This document shows, piece by piece, positions 23,398-35,500 of a stretch of DNA of 64,000 bases. The notes beneath the pieces were generated by a model. That model saw only the letters and a list, made by a program, of their open reading frames with translations, ran no database searches and was not told where the DNA came from. Made by a program: the position numbers and the translations under genes. Each line of letters starts with the position of its first letter. Position 1 is the first letter of the stretch. The stretch comes from Zootoca vivipara (Eukaryota). The DNA lies in NCBI RefSeq assembly GCF_963506605.1, contig NC_083279.1, positions 82,460,001-82,524,000 of the forward strand, written 5' to 3'.

Positions 23398-23742
23398 TGT
23401 CGGAGAACCAGCCGACTCTTAGGTGCGAGGAAATCATGAGACGAGAGTCAAGAGTTTCAGATTGAGAGCATGAGCAGAGTGCGCTGACTGCCTCTCAGCC
23501 TCAGCTCCTTTATTAAGGATCCTTTCCTCGTAAAAAACATTAACCTTTTAACCTATACATGACTCATGCAAACAAGGAAGATGTGTAAACCGACAGGCTG
23601 GCGCCAGTGGTCCTGTGGTAAATCACTTGATTGATTACCCCCCAATAAACCTGTGCCTTACACAGAGAACTCCATTTGTACATTCCCACAGAGTATTTCC
23701 TGTGTACATTCCCACAGAGTATTTCCTGTGTACATTCCCACA
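23398..23742 (-). repeat. ERV 3' LTR
   Basis: Preceded on the minus strand by PPT AAAAAGAAAGAGGTGA; contains AATAAA on the minus strand. Confidence 0.95.
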
Positions 23743-23762
23743 TCACCTCTTTCTTTTTATTT

Positions 23763-25100
23763 TTAAGCAACAGGGTTAATCAACTCATCGGAAGCCTCGA
23801 TAGGGAGTCGCTGATACCTCGCAACGAAGGCTCCACGTGAAATTCCACGTGAAATTCCAGTGGAGGGGCGTGCAGCCTGAAACCAGGTCATGCATTGACC
23901 AAAGAGGGAGGGTAAACATTGAATGCAGCAACATAACATAACCAAGCCACAGGCTAATCCTATAAGCGTCAAAAGTGTTTTCCTGATCCAGGCACCGTTA
24001 GGCAACCAAGACAGCAGCCATTCCCATGGATCAAAACCCACGGCAGGTTGCAAGGGCCGTGCAGCCACCAAGTTCTCCATTTCTTGTATAATATGAGTAA
24101 TGTCAGGACCATTATCTTGCACATACATGCAACAATGACTATGTATTAAGGCACATACGCCTCTTTTCGAGGCTAAAATCACATCCTGTAATTCTGTATT
24201 GATCAATTTCATGCCTTTAACTGTGTCGTTGAACAAAGCCTCTGTCCAGTTAGCTAAGTGATGCAAATCTCTATAATTCATTTTGCTACTCCTAATAATG
24301 GCAAAATACTACAAGCTATCTGAGTATCAATATATTGTGTTATAGGGGCATTGACTTCGTGTTTATTGCGCAAGCGGGTGTGAGGAAGAGCATCTAACTT
24401 ATACACCAGTGGTATCACTACCCCTAGAGTGCAAGTCCCTGAAAAAGCAGAGGGAATCTCTTTCTATTCTTTCTTACCACACAAAAGCCACAGATTTGAT
24501 TGTAACACGCATGTGGATCTCCAACTCTTCTTCATCCAATCAAACCATGAATGAAAATCACGGCATGTAGCCTGTTGGTAATATGTCATGTATCTGGTAA
24601 CATTATTAATTGTTACCTTGGGCCTGCCGCTTTGGGTAGTGACGTTAAGAAAACAAGAGCTACCATTAACATATAAGTCCAATTACAATAAGGATAAGGA
24701 CCTAAAAATCTGCTACTATCGTGATTAAAACGAAAACATCGTGGAGCTACTTCTAATAATGATAATATAACAGGGGGTGAACTAATACGATTATCTCTCA
24801 TATTATTACTAATTCTAAAAGAATCATTAATAGGAATACCATGCAGTAATATACCCAAATGGTGTGACTGCGGGGGAATATGTAAGCAAATCCAACAATC
24901 AGAATAGTTAAGCAATTTCGCAAACTGAGAAATATCCTGTACATAGGTATTATTATTCCATATGGAATGATAAGAGTCAGGTCTTTGATACTTCTGTAAA
25001 ATGGCAGCACGCCTAGAGCGATTATGGCTTGCAGATCGAATAAATGGAAGGTGATCTTAACGGAGTGCAGCCATATTTAGAACACGATGCCGCCAGGTGC
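23763..25100 (-). pseudogene. env: ERV env remnant, gamma-type
   Basis: SU CWIC (CxxC), TM CALIHSHCC (CX6CC), hydrophobic membrane anchor; frameshifts and a deleted ISD. Confidence 0.8.
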
Positions 25101-25199
25101 AATGATGTTTCAGACCGGGTGACAGGTGCTGTCCTCCAGAAAGAGTGTAGAAAGGTCTGCCTCCTCCCTTTGCGGCATCTGCGACTGAATGGGCTGAAG

Positions 25200-26945
25200 A
25201 AGAAGCTGTAGATGATTGCCAGGGTCGTACACAGCGTGCTGGCACCCACAGAGGGTCCCCATCGATGGCATACCCACGTCCCCAGGTAATCAGCGGTACA
25301 GGGCCACGCCATGCTGGATCCGGAAGTTTCCTGAAAGACACAAGGGGACGAGGCAGCTCCTCCTCTTTTCTAAAATGTAATTCTGCTGGAGGAAGCTGCT
25401 TATAATGTGGATATAAAAGATTAAAAAGCACTTGATGCACAATATAAGATATTTCAGCAATAGGAGCGTTCTTTCCACTTAGTTGTGGAAAAAGCAGAGA
25501 TTTAAAAGTTGAATACGCTCGCTCAACAATTGCTTGTCCTGTAGAATTAAAAGGAATACCATGAGTTAATTTCACATTCCACAATTTACAGAAATCAGAA
25601 AATCGCTTAGAAATATACGCAGGGCCATTATCCGTTTTGATGCTGCTAGGCTTTCCCATGACTGAAAAACAGCGCAGAGTGTGCTGTATTACGTGCCTGG
25701 CTGTCTCCCCTTTTAAGGGCGTCGCCCAGTTGAAGCCCGAAGACGTGTCCACCGTGAGGTGCAGTCTTGAAAAAAGAGGCTAACAACGGGGTGAGAGTGA
25801 CATCCATTTGCCAAATTGAGAGAGGGGCAATCCCTCTGGGATTGACAGCATCAAAAGGAAACATGGTAGGGGCTTTAGAACAAGAAAAACATTGCGAGAT
25901 AATGTCTCGTGCCTGAGAAATTGGCATTTGAAAAGACTTGGCTAGAACCTTGGCAGATTGATGAAAGGTGGCATGGCTCAGCAGAGGGTCAGAAAACAAA
26001 GAAAAGACCTGCTCTTGCTTCAAAGCGAGAGACAATTGCAACAAAATCATCATCCAGAGTAGGGTAATGTATGCCACTGACAAGAATGTTAGAAATCTGG
26101 AGACATACTGAATACAAACAATCAGGTTAAACTTCACATTCAGAAACAGATCAAATGCCAAAATCACCACAGCCAATTCAGAACGCTGAGCGGATTTCTG
26201 CTCCGTAGTAAATCTTGTTTTCCAGGCCCCCTCCTCCCTCCACACAACCACCCCCCTCGTCTTTGTCCCATCTGTGAAGAGGGTGAGAGCAAAGGGGATA
26301 GGGGAGGGGGAGCACAGGGAACGGAGGGAATAGGAGACAGAGGAAAGAAAAATCAATGCCACAGCACATTGTCTTCCCTTGATAACAACGTCCATAACAG
26401 CTGCTGGAGAAGTATAGACATTTCGCAGTGGTGCATGGGGCAGGTGTAGCCATTCAACAAGACAAACGCGAGACTGAAAAAATTCTGCAGGCCTGTAGAG
26501 AACAGCTGTGGGCAGCAATTTTGTGGCAAAAACAGCCAATGACAATAGTCCTGTGGAATCCAGGCGATCCACCATAGATTTTTGCAAATGGTGATAAATC
26601 GTTGCCAGGGCTGATTCGTTGCCAGGCATATCCTGGGTTACCGGTGTGATGTCTGCCGATTGCTTGTGTCCTTTCAGGGCATTGTACAAAGGTGATAGTA
26701 CACACATTGGTAAGTCTATGTATGATTTTGCCCAATTCGAATGTCCTAACAGCAGTTGTAAATCCACCAGCCAGAGTACAGCTGGAAAATGCAGCTGTGG
26801 TATCAGGGGGGGGTGCTGCTTGTTGCGTATCCTTGTGTTCCAGGTATGTGATAGGCAGGGTGCGTTGAATTTTTTCCGGGGCGATTTTAAGCCCTGCAGA
26901 GGTGAGATCCTCTGTCAGCTGGTGCACCCATGTTTCAGGAATGTC
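25200..26945 (-). pseudogene. pol: ERV pol remnant (RT C-terminus, RNase H, integrase), frameshifted
   Basis: LQLLLGHSNW, LFTDG..SAQRSEL, WQMDVT, IKTDNGPAY, GIPFNSTGQAIVER, WRGPVPLITWGRGYA. Confidence 0.9.
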
Positions 26946-28307
26946 TTTAGCGGCAAGCAATTTTGCTGTGTGGGATTCAGAGCCGATTGATTGACAGGCT
27001 TTTAACATGTCGGCTATTGCCACATTAGGTGTAGCTACCAGCGGGCGCAAAGCTTGTTTACAGTCATCATTGGCATTATCAAAGGCTAATTGTCTGATGA
27101 TTACTTCTTGCGCTGCTGTATCTTGAACCTGGCGTCTAAGGGTATTGTACAGTCTATCTATGAAAGCGCCATAAGGTTCAGTGGGTCCTTGCTGCACGCT
27201 CCCCCATTGCCCCCCTTTTTCTAACTTCACAGGAGGGACAGACATCAAAGCCTCCTGGGCAGCTGAATTTGTGGCGTCCCAGTACTGAGGATCCAGAGCC
27301 AATTGCTGCGCAGTTGTTAAAAAATTCCCAGCTCCTGTGAGACCATCCAGGACGTCTGCAGGAGTTAACAGGACAGGGGGAGGTGCGCCTGCTACCAGAG
27401 CTGCAAAGGCATTGGCATGTGCTGCCAGTGTAGCATTATTCAAATTTGTTTGGATATCATGGACCCAGCGTTGACAAGCCCAGGTCCAACTTTGCATAAA
27501 AACCATCATTTGATTTGGTTTGAGCACTGTTCTAGCCAGTAATTTAATATCCTCTGGCAATAATTGCTGTTGAAAAATAGTGCCAAAGAGACCAAGAGTA
27601 TACGGGGAATGCAATCCATTGTCTCTTACTGACTGATACAATTCTTTGATGTATCGGAGTTCAAATTGCTCGTGCCGTGGTGCCCCGCCCCCGGGTACAA
27701 TCACAGGATAAGCAGCTGACATTTCAGTAGAATCAAAAGCCAGCACAGGAGCTGCTGCTTTAAGAGATTCCTGGAGCTTTGTAGTATTCCCCCCCTCCTG
27801 CTTCACAGTGGGCCTGGTACTTTGAAATGCAGGCAAAACCTGAGAGACATAAGCTGGAGGGGGTGGGGTGGCAGACAAAGAGAGTTGCTGTTTTCCTGGC
27901 GGAGTTAAATTAGGTGGGTCCGGACCAGGGGGCATGGGGGCAGGCAATGCTGGATAAACAGAAGGCTTCAGTGGGGGAGGCGTGCATGCGGGCGGTGCAG
28001 AGGGGAGGCTTGAAGCAGCTGCCAGAAAGATATTCTTTGGCGTCACTAGTGCCAAGCATGCTCTTATTTTTCCCCACGTAATTAAGACACGTACTCCAAT
28101 GCTGGGATGAGCATGAAAATGTTCACCAAGTTTGTCCCAAAAATCTAATTCCCAAGTTCCATCCTCCGGAAACCATGGACAGTGCTCATTAGCAGTATGA
28201 ATAAAAGCAATAAGATCGTCTTCTGAGGCATGCTGATTGTTAGAAGTCAGCAGGTATTTTAAGTCTTTAAGAAAACGTTTCTGTGGCACAGAAAGCGAAG
28301 TGCCCAT
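26454..28307 (-). CDS. gag: ERV Gag (MA-CA) fused in frame to an RT fragment; 617-aa open frame
   Basis: MG start, betaretroviral MA motif CPWFPEDGT..FWDKLG, PSAP and PPAY late-domain motifs, MHR QGPTEPYGAFIDRL, then GLKIAPEKIQ (RT); no NC zinc knuckles. Confidence 0.85.
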   Translation of the reverse strand: MGTSLSVPQKRFLKDLKYLLTSNNQHASEDDLIAFIHTANEHCPWFPEDGTWELDFWDKLGEHFHAHPSIGVRVLITWGKIRACLALVTPKNIFLAAASSLPSAPPACTPPPLKPSVYPALPAPMPPGPDPPNLTPPGKQQLSLSATPPPPAYVSQVLPAFQSTRPTVKQEGGNTTKLQESLKAAAPVLAFDSTEMSAAYPVIVPGGGAPRHEQFELRYIKELYQSVRDNGLHSPYTLGLFGTIFQQQLLPEDIKLLARTVLKPNQMMVFMQSWTWACQRWVHDIQTNLNNATLAAHANAFAALVAGAPPPVLLTPADVLDGLTGAGNFLTTAQQLALDPQYWDATNSAAQEALMSVPPVKLEKGGQWGSVQQGPTEPYGAFIDRLYNTLRRQVQDTAAQEVIIRQLAFDNANDDCKQALRPLVATPNVAIADMLKACQSIGSESHTAKLLAAKDIPETWVHQLTEDLTSAGLKIAPEKIQRTLPITYLEHKDTQQAAPPPDTTAAFSSCTLAGGFTTAVRTFELGKIIHRLTNVCTITFVQCPERTQAIGRHHTGNPGYAWQRISPGNDLSPFAKIYGGSPGFHRTIVIGCFCHKIAAHSCSLQACRIFSVSRLSC

Positions 28308-28461
28308 TGTAAATGCAGGAAGAGAAAGATAAGCAATAGCTGGGAGCCAACTCACCGGGGATCCTAAGATGAGGTAGACGTCTGAACCCTTGCCGGGCGG
28401 GTGAGTAGCTGATGCAGGACCACGACGTGCGTCCTTTCAACAATGGCGTAGAACTTTTTAG

Positions 28462-28478
28462 CCTCACACGGGGCACCA
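28462..28478 (-). promoter_or_regulatory. ERV primer-binding site complementary to elongator tRNA-Met
   Basis: TGGTGCCCCGTGTGAGG starts 2 nt after the 5' LTR and matches the vertebrate tRNA-Met(e) 3' end CCTCACACGGGGCACCA. Confidence 0.8.
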
Positions 28479-28480
28479 CT

Positions 28481-28825
28481 TGTCGGAGAACCAGCCGACT
28501 CTTAGGTGCGAGGAAATCATGAGACGAGAGTCAAGAGTTTCAGATTGAGAGCATGAGCAGAGTGCGCTGACTGCCTCTCAGCCTCAGCTCCTTTATTAAG
28601 GATCCTTTCCTCGTAAAAAACATTAACCTTTTAACCTATACATGACTCATGCAAACAAGGAAGATGTGTAAACCGACAGGCTGGCGCCAGTGGTCCTGTG
28701 GTAAATCACTTGATTGATTACCCCCCAATAAACCTGTGCCTTACACAGAGAACTCCATTTGTACATTCCCACAGAGTATTTCCTGTGTACATTCCCACAG
28801 AGTATTTCCTGTGTACATTCCCACA
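28481..28825 (-). repeat. ERV 5' LTR
   Basis: Identical by eye to 23398-23742. Confidence 0.95.
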
Positions 28826-30583
28826 CTGCTGACTCATGTCAAGTCTGTGGTCTACCAAAACTCCTAGGTCCTTTTCACATGTACTGCTCTCAAGCCAGGT
28901 GTCACCCATCCTGTATTTGTGCCTTTCATTTTATTTGCCCAAGTGTAGTACCTTACATTTCTCCTTGTTCAAATTCATCATGTTTGCTTTGGCCCACTTA
29001 TCTAATCTGTTAAGGTCATTTTGAAGTGTGATCCTGTCCTCAGGGGTGTTAGCCACCCCTCCCAATTTGGTGTCGTCTGCAAACTTGCTCAGGATGCCCT
29101 CAAGCCCATCATCCAAGTCATTGATAAAGATGTTGAATAAGACTGGGCCCAAGACAGCAACTGTTTCAATAGTGAAGCATAAGACAATATAAAGTTGAAT
29201 ATCCAACATCACTAAAAAAATATACAGCCCTGTATAACCCTGAGGATTCAAAGGTTCAAACATCGGACAATAATGACCACAAAGTTGGCACCAGGGGAGC
29301 CTTTCCAGGGGAGGCATTTCAGAACCAGGCTGACACCATCTATGAGACCCTCTATCCAGGAGCACTGGAAGAGAGCCTCTGATGATGATATTGGGGTCCA
29401 GGTAAGTACACCTGGGAGGAGGTGATCCTTGAGGTAAGCTGCTCCCAGGCCATTTAAGGACTTTAATCGTCAAGAGCAGTTCCTTTGAACGGGAACCAGA
29501 CATGACTGGGAGCCAGAGTAGACAATAAATCACTAGTGCAATATTGTGAAATTGTCCACAAGCCCTTTAAGAGTCTTGATACCCCATGTGGAACTTTCTG
29601 TGGTCTTTTCAAAGTTACCCCACCTATAACTCACTGCAGTTAGTCTAACAGGAAGATCATGGATAATGGACACAAGACTACCTCCAGCCCGGTAAGGTTA
29701 TAATGTATCAGATTAAGCTGATAAAAATTCATTTGCCTGGATGATTCATTTAAGCAAACAATGGGTGAAATGGACAGTTCAGCAATTTGTTTCAGTGCTT
29801 ACCTTCAAGCAGCAGTTAGTTTCAGCAGTTAGCTTTGGTAGTTGGATTTTCCAGTTTTGCATGTTCAGACCCAGAGACTTCGCAGCTAAATAAATTGACA
29901 CTTGACTCAAATTTCAGTTCGGTTTTTGGCAGAATTTAGGCCATGACTTTATCGATTACAGAAAGTGAGTGGTTGCATAGGCTCTGGTTCGACTAGCTCA
30001 CTGCACTCTTGCAGGCAGCGCTGACCCGGGTCCCCAGCATAGGTCAACCAAGGTGAACACCCAGATAGGTGAAAAGCCAGGAACAGACTATGTTCGCCAC
30101 CCAGATGTCCCCCTGGACTCAGGCACGGGCACAACCCACTCTCAGGGGTTGACCAAACCATTTGAGTCCCTGGATTCCTTTAACGGAATACCTTTCACAT
30201 GGGGATGGCGAGAGCGTTCTCCCATCCCTATCACCTGAACCAGTGCCTATCCACCACACGAGCACCGGCCGGCGCTTGCCGCCAACCACTCACACCTGTA
30301 ACTAATCCCTTAACCCCGCTGACACAGAGGTCAGCCTCAAATCATTCCCAATCACACTCACACCTTCATTAGCAAAAATATGTAGAAGATAAAGAAATAA
30401 TAGAGTGTATTCTTTTTAGAAACAGCAGTGTGAAATTCATCTAGTCCCACCCCATGCAATGCATGATGTAGGGCTCAAACCCATGACCTTGAGATTAAAA
30501 GTCTCATGCTCTCCTCTACGCCAGGCATGTACAACATGTCAATCATGAGCCCCCAGTTGACCCCGGGGTTGTTTCTGGTCAAT

Positions 30584-31032
30584 CAGCTCTTACTGTCAGG
30601 AAGTTCTTCCTAATGTTTAGGTGGAATTTTCTTTCTTGTAGTTTGAATCCATTGCTCCGTGTCCGCCTCTCTGGAGCAGCAGAAAACAATATTTCTCCCT
30701 CCTCCATATGACATCCTTTCATATATTTGAACATGGCTATCATATCACCCCTTAACCTTCTCTTCTCCAGGCTAAACATACCCAGCTCCCTAAGCCGTTC
30801 CTCATAAGGCAATGTTTCCAGGCCTTTGACCATTTTGGTTGCCCTCTTCTGGACACGTTCCAGCTTAGCAGTATCAGTATTTTTTTTTGCCCAAGTGTAG
30901 TACTTTACATTTCTCCCTGTTAAAATTCATCTTGTTTGCTTTGGCCCAGTTGTCTAATCAGTTAAGGTCATTCTGAAGTGTGATCCTGTCCTCTGGGGTG
31001 TTAGCCACCCCTCCCAATTTGGTGTCATCTGC
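30584..31032 (-). mobile_element. CR1 fragment (deleted paralog of 16277-17152)
   Basis: Same 5' junction TCATCTGCAGCTGAGGG; 3' end removed by deletion. Confidence 0.9.
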
Positions 31033-32250
31033 AGCTGAGGGTGAAATTCTGCAGTTCTGGTATTCTGTGGACATATCTACACCACAAAGTTATATCAGAT
31101 TTCTACCAAGTGAACTGTCAGGCTGAGGACCCGCATGTGGCTCCAGAGTGACAGTTTGCCCAACCCTGTTCTAAAGCAAGATGTACGGTCCTGGTCTTTG
31201 GCCTTGAAAGGATGTCCTCACCCTTCTGCTAGGTCTCTCCACTCCCCCTGGGAAATGGCTTCTGCTTGTGCAGGAACTTTGTAGAAGCCACTGGTAATAG
31301 AGGTGAGGAAAGCACAGGACCAGGAAGACTTCATAGCCTTCTCCATCTGCTCTGCTCTGTGATGGATCAGTGGAGCATGGGAGTTGCGTTGCTCAGGACA
31401 GAGAGTTCCTACATTTCCTTGTCCTGAACCCTTTAAATTCCCTGTTCACAGTCATGTCTCTTCACTCAGTTTATGGACTCTCTCCTTCTGCCTGCAGGGT
31501 TGCAAGTCTATGAAACAGAATTGGAGGGAGTTTGCATAGGAGAGACATTTTAGCAAGGGCAAAGGGTAGGTAAGAAATGCACATTTTAGTTAGTTTTTTC
31601 AATAATATTTTTATTAGTTTTCATTTACAATCCAATAATAGCCTCATTATAACAATACCATTTTATAATACAATTATTAATACCAATCCTTCAAATGTCG
31701 AATTATATAATTTAGGTAAAGTAGCCTCCCACGTGCTAGAATTGATGGCTTGTTTATTTGCTTTATTTCTGAATTCCAAAATCTTATTAATTTTCATTGC
31801 ATTCCAGTCATAATAATAATAATTCCCTTATACAACAACTGCAATATTAATAATTTCTATTCTCTTCTTGTTGACACATTAAATGATTTATAAAAGTACA
31901 AGTGAGGAACTCAAACTGTAAGATATTATATTATTTTATTACTGTATTATCTTTCTGTTTGGGGTGGGACAAATGTTTAGTCAGGGTGGGTAGTAGTGGG
32001 CTGTAGCATAACTGTTTCTTGTTTTGTTTCTACTTTTATTATTTTGTTAAGTTATTGTATAGTTTGTATTTGCTTTTTAAGGGGAAAGGGTCAGGGCTGC
32101 CTGGGAGGGGTTTCCCTCTAGGGGGAAACACAAGATTCAGGAAGATTTTGAGCAGAGGACAGAGAACCACAATTTCTGGGGAATAAATTGTCAAGGCTGC
32201 TATTCTTCCATTCAGTTTTTTGCAGCTCGATCTGGTGCAGTCCACCTTCC

Positions 32251-32469
32251 ATGGATCTCTCTACCAGTGCTGTGGTCTTCCTGTACCTCACCTACCGCCT
32301 CTGTGAGGCAGGAGATAGGAAGTATAATTCAGTCCTCACGGTGCCCAATGGCGGGAAGTGGGGAGAATGGGGAAAAATTGAATTCTGTCCTTCAGGATAT
32401 GCATCAGGATTCCTAGTGAAGGTAAAGGCTTCTCTATATCTTCTTTTTGATACCCTGATCCCAAGGAAT

Positions 32470-32535
<66 letters not shown>

Positions 32536-35500
32536 GTTGATTGCCATCTTTCTTTCTGAACCAGTTCCTGTATATTGCTGCCTGCAAGGTGCTTTGAAGT
32601 GTTGACTGCCATGCTTAAAGATTTAATAGCTCTAAAAAGTCTCCATGCCACTTTGTCTATCCACACTGGAGAGGCTTAGAGTGAATTGGATTTTACATAA
32701 AAGAAAATTACCATGAATCTGGATGGACTGGCGGAAAAAAGGGACAAGGATACAGACATGTTTGGAGTGCAATGAGCTGGCAATATTGTGGTCAGGTTTA
32801 TCTCCCTGAAAGGTGAGCGCCCTATTGGCAAATACAGACTAAACTGTTAGTGTGGAAGCAACCTTGATAAGTGCTTTCTAGGAGGCTTGCCATACATCCA
32901 GATTTTGGGTGACATGTCCAGGATTTCAACAACTTTCCCCCAAAAGCTCAACAACATTTTCGTGTCCAGATTTCACTTCTTGAAATAATATGGCAACCCT
33001 AACTTCATAAACTGGAGGAAACCTGCTGTTGAATATGAAGACATGAGAGAGGGTGCCTTAGCCAGTCATTATCAAGATCAATTTTTTCTTATTAAATTTG
33101 CTTACTTCGGGCCATTGGACTGGTTGCACCACAAAGCTACTGTCTTTTGATGCAGCTGGAAATGTAAACCTTAATCCATAACCAGTAATACTTGTACACA
33201 AGTAGGGGCCTGTAATTATGAACAGATAACTGCTAATTCAGGTTGCAAGCTAGTAGTTTGGAAAATTCAGACTGCAGACGCAGTCTGAATGTGAGTGTTG
33301 TCAGAGTCCTGGTTCAGTTAACTACAATAACAACCCCCCTTTTGTAACATAAAACAATATCTTTTTTCTGTTTTGTTTTCTACATGGGTACTATTTCTTG
33401 TTTCTTCGGCTTTGTGTCTGGTCTTACTCTGTACACTTGTAATTTTGTACTTCTTATTTTTCAATAAAGAATATAAAACAGAGTCCCAGCTTGCAAAAAC
33501 AGCTTTATTGCAGTCTCTTTCTCTGTTTTCCACCAGTATGCTGTACCACAAGGTTTTGATGGTGATGACACCGGCCTCAATGGCATCCGTCTCCTTTGTA
33601 GTAGTGGTGAAGTTATACAATCTAGCGTCGGAATGTAAGCATCTTCTTGATTTTTCTCTTTGTTGCTTGGAAAGTGATGGTGTGAGGGGCTGGCTGAAAT
33701 CTATTATGCTTCAGCACCAGGGCAGGAATATGTCAGGGTCTATCAGCCTCATTCTCAGTTCTCGGAGTCTAAAGATACCAACTCTAGGTTGCCTTCTGAA
33801 TTTTAGAGGGACCCAAGCCCCACATAACAAAGAGGAAAGAGACTGCAACAACCGAGTACAAAGGTCAGGAAAAGCAGAGTTTCTTCCTGAGGACCACACA
33901 TCCCAAGGAAAGAGAGAGCAAGAGGAAACCATCATCTATCCTGAGAGTGGGGAACCTCAAGTCCAGGGGTCAAATGTGGTCCCCTAACTTCTCTGTCTGG
34001 TCCTCATGAATATCTGTGACTGTTAGGGGTCAGGACCTCAGGCAGGAAGGAGAGGCAGGCTGAGCAAAAAAGCTGTATGAAAAGGCCAAGACCTACCTTT
34101 ACCAGTGGCTGTGCATTCCTGAGAGAAAGTAGGCACAATACTGAAGCTCTCCTACCTGCCAGAGGAACTGGCCTAAAAGATCAATGCCTCCACTCAACAG
34201 CTGTTTAGCAGAGACCTTGATCCTGTGGGGTGCAGGTGCTGCTTTGCCAGTGGCTTTCTTGCAGGAGAGTCACTACCACTTACAGAGCTGGTTACATCAT
34301 AGACAATTAAATGAACAGTTTAAGGAAGACAGTAAGAAAGGTTTTAGTTATACAGTTTCAAACTTTCAAAAAGAGATAGTCAAGAGTGATACGAAATTAC
34401 TTTAAAAAAATTTATAATCTCCTACTTTATGGGGAAACGTTAGATGAAGTATGTTTCCGAGCACATTTCAAAGTGTTGGTGCTGACCTTTAAAGCCCTAA
34501 ACGGCCTTGGTCCAGTATACCTGAAGGAGCATCTCCACCTCCATCGCTCTGCCCGGACACTGAGGTCCAGTGCCGAGGGCCTTCTGATGGTTCCCTCGCT
34601 GCCAGAAGTCAAGTTACAGGGAACCAGGCAGAGGGCTTTTTGGTAAGTGGCACCCACCCTCCCACCAGATGTCAAAGAGAAAAACAACTACCAAACTTTT
34701 AGAAGACATCTGCTGCCAAGGAGTGTGTTGGAGTCTCCTTCTTTGAAGGTCTTTAAGCAGAGGCTTGACAGCCATCTGTCAGGAATGCTTTGATGGTGTT
34801 TCCTGCTGGGCAGGGGGTTGGACTGGTCTCTTCCAACTCTATGATTCTATGATTAATCTTTTTGGATGCAGAGAAGGTCTTTGATAACATATCCTGGGAA
34901 TTTATTAATGGATATTGGACAATTGTGTATAAGAGGAATTATAGCGATATATTCTAATCGAAAAGCAAAATTAATAGTAAATAATGTAGTAACAGAAAAT
35001 ATTGAGATTACGAAAGGTACAAGACAGGGATGTCCATTGTCACCATTGTTATCCATCTCGGTTCTGGAAGTCTTCCTAAAGACCAGACACCCCCAAACTG
35101 CGGCCCTCCAGATGTTCTGGCCTACAACTCCCATGATCCCTAGCTAACAGGACCAGTGGTCAGGGATGATGGGAATTGTAGTCCAAACATCTGGAGCGCC
35201 GGAGTTTGGGGATGCCTGCTAAGGACTATAAGGGAAAATGAGAAAATAAAAGGAATTTCAGTGGGCAGAAAAGAGTATAAAGCCTTTGCAGACGACTTGG
35301 TATTGACAGTGGAAGACCCATTATGCAGTATTAATGAGGTATTAGAAGAAATTGAACAATTCGGACAAGTTGCAGGTTTTAAATTAAACAAAAAGAAAAC
35401 TAAAATGTTGGCTAAAAATGTGAAACAAGATTTGGTGGATAGGTTGCAACAACAGACTGGTATAGAAATAGTCAAAAAAGTAAAGTATTTCGGAATTTGG

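Larger units (their letters stand above)
23398..28825 (-). mobile_element. Endogenous retrovirus, class II (betaretrovirus-like), internally deleted provirus
   Basis: Two 345-bp TG..CA LTRs, 6-bp TSD CTGCTG, PBS, PPT, gag, pol remnants and env remnant. Confidence 0.97.
22769..29157 (-). mobile_element. CR1 LINE (paralog of 6016-6963) split by the ERV into 22769-23397 and 28826-29157
   Basis: Same insertion site and 5' truncation point as in unit 1. Confidence 0.93.

Noticed and set aside
23678-23742. Regularly spaced short repeats resembling a CRISPR array
   Set aside because: Spacers are identical, the repeat is part of an LTR, and the DNA is vertebrate.
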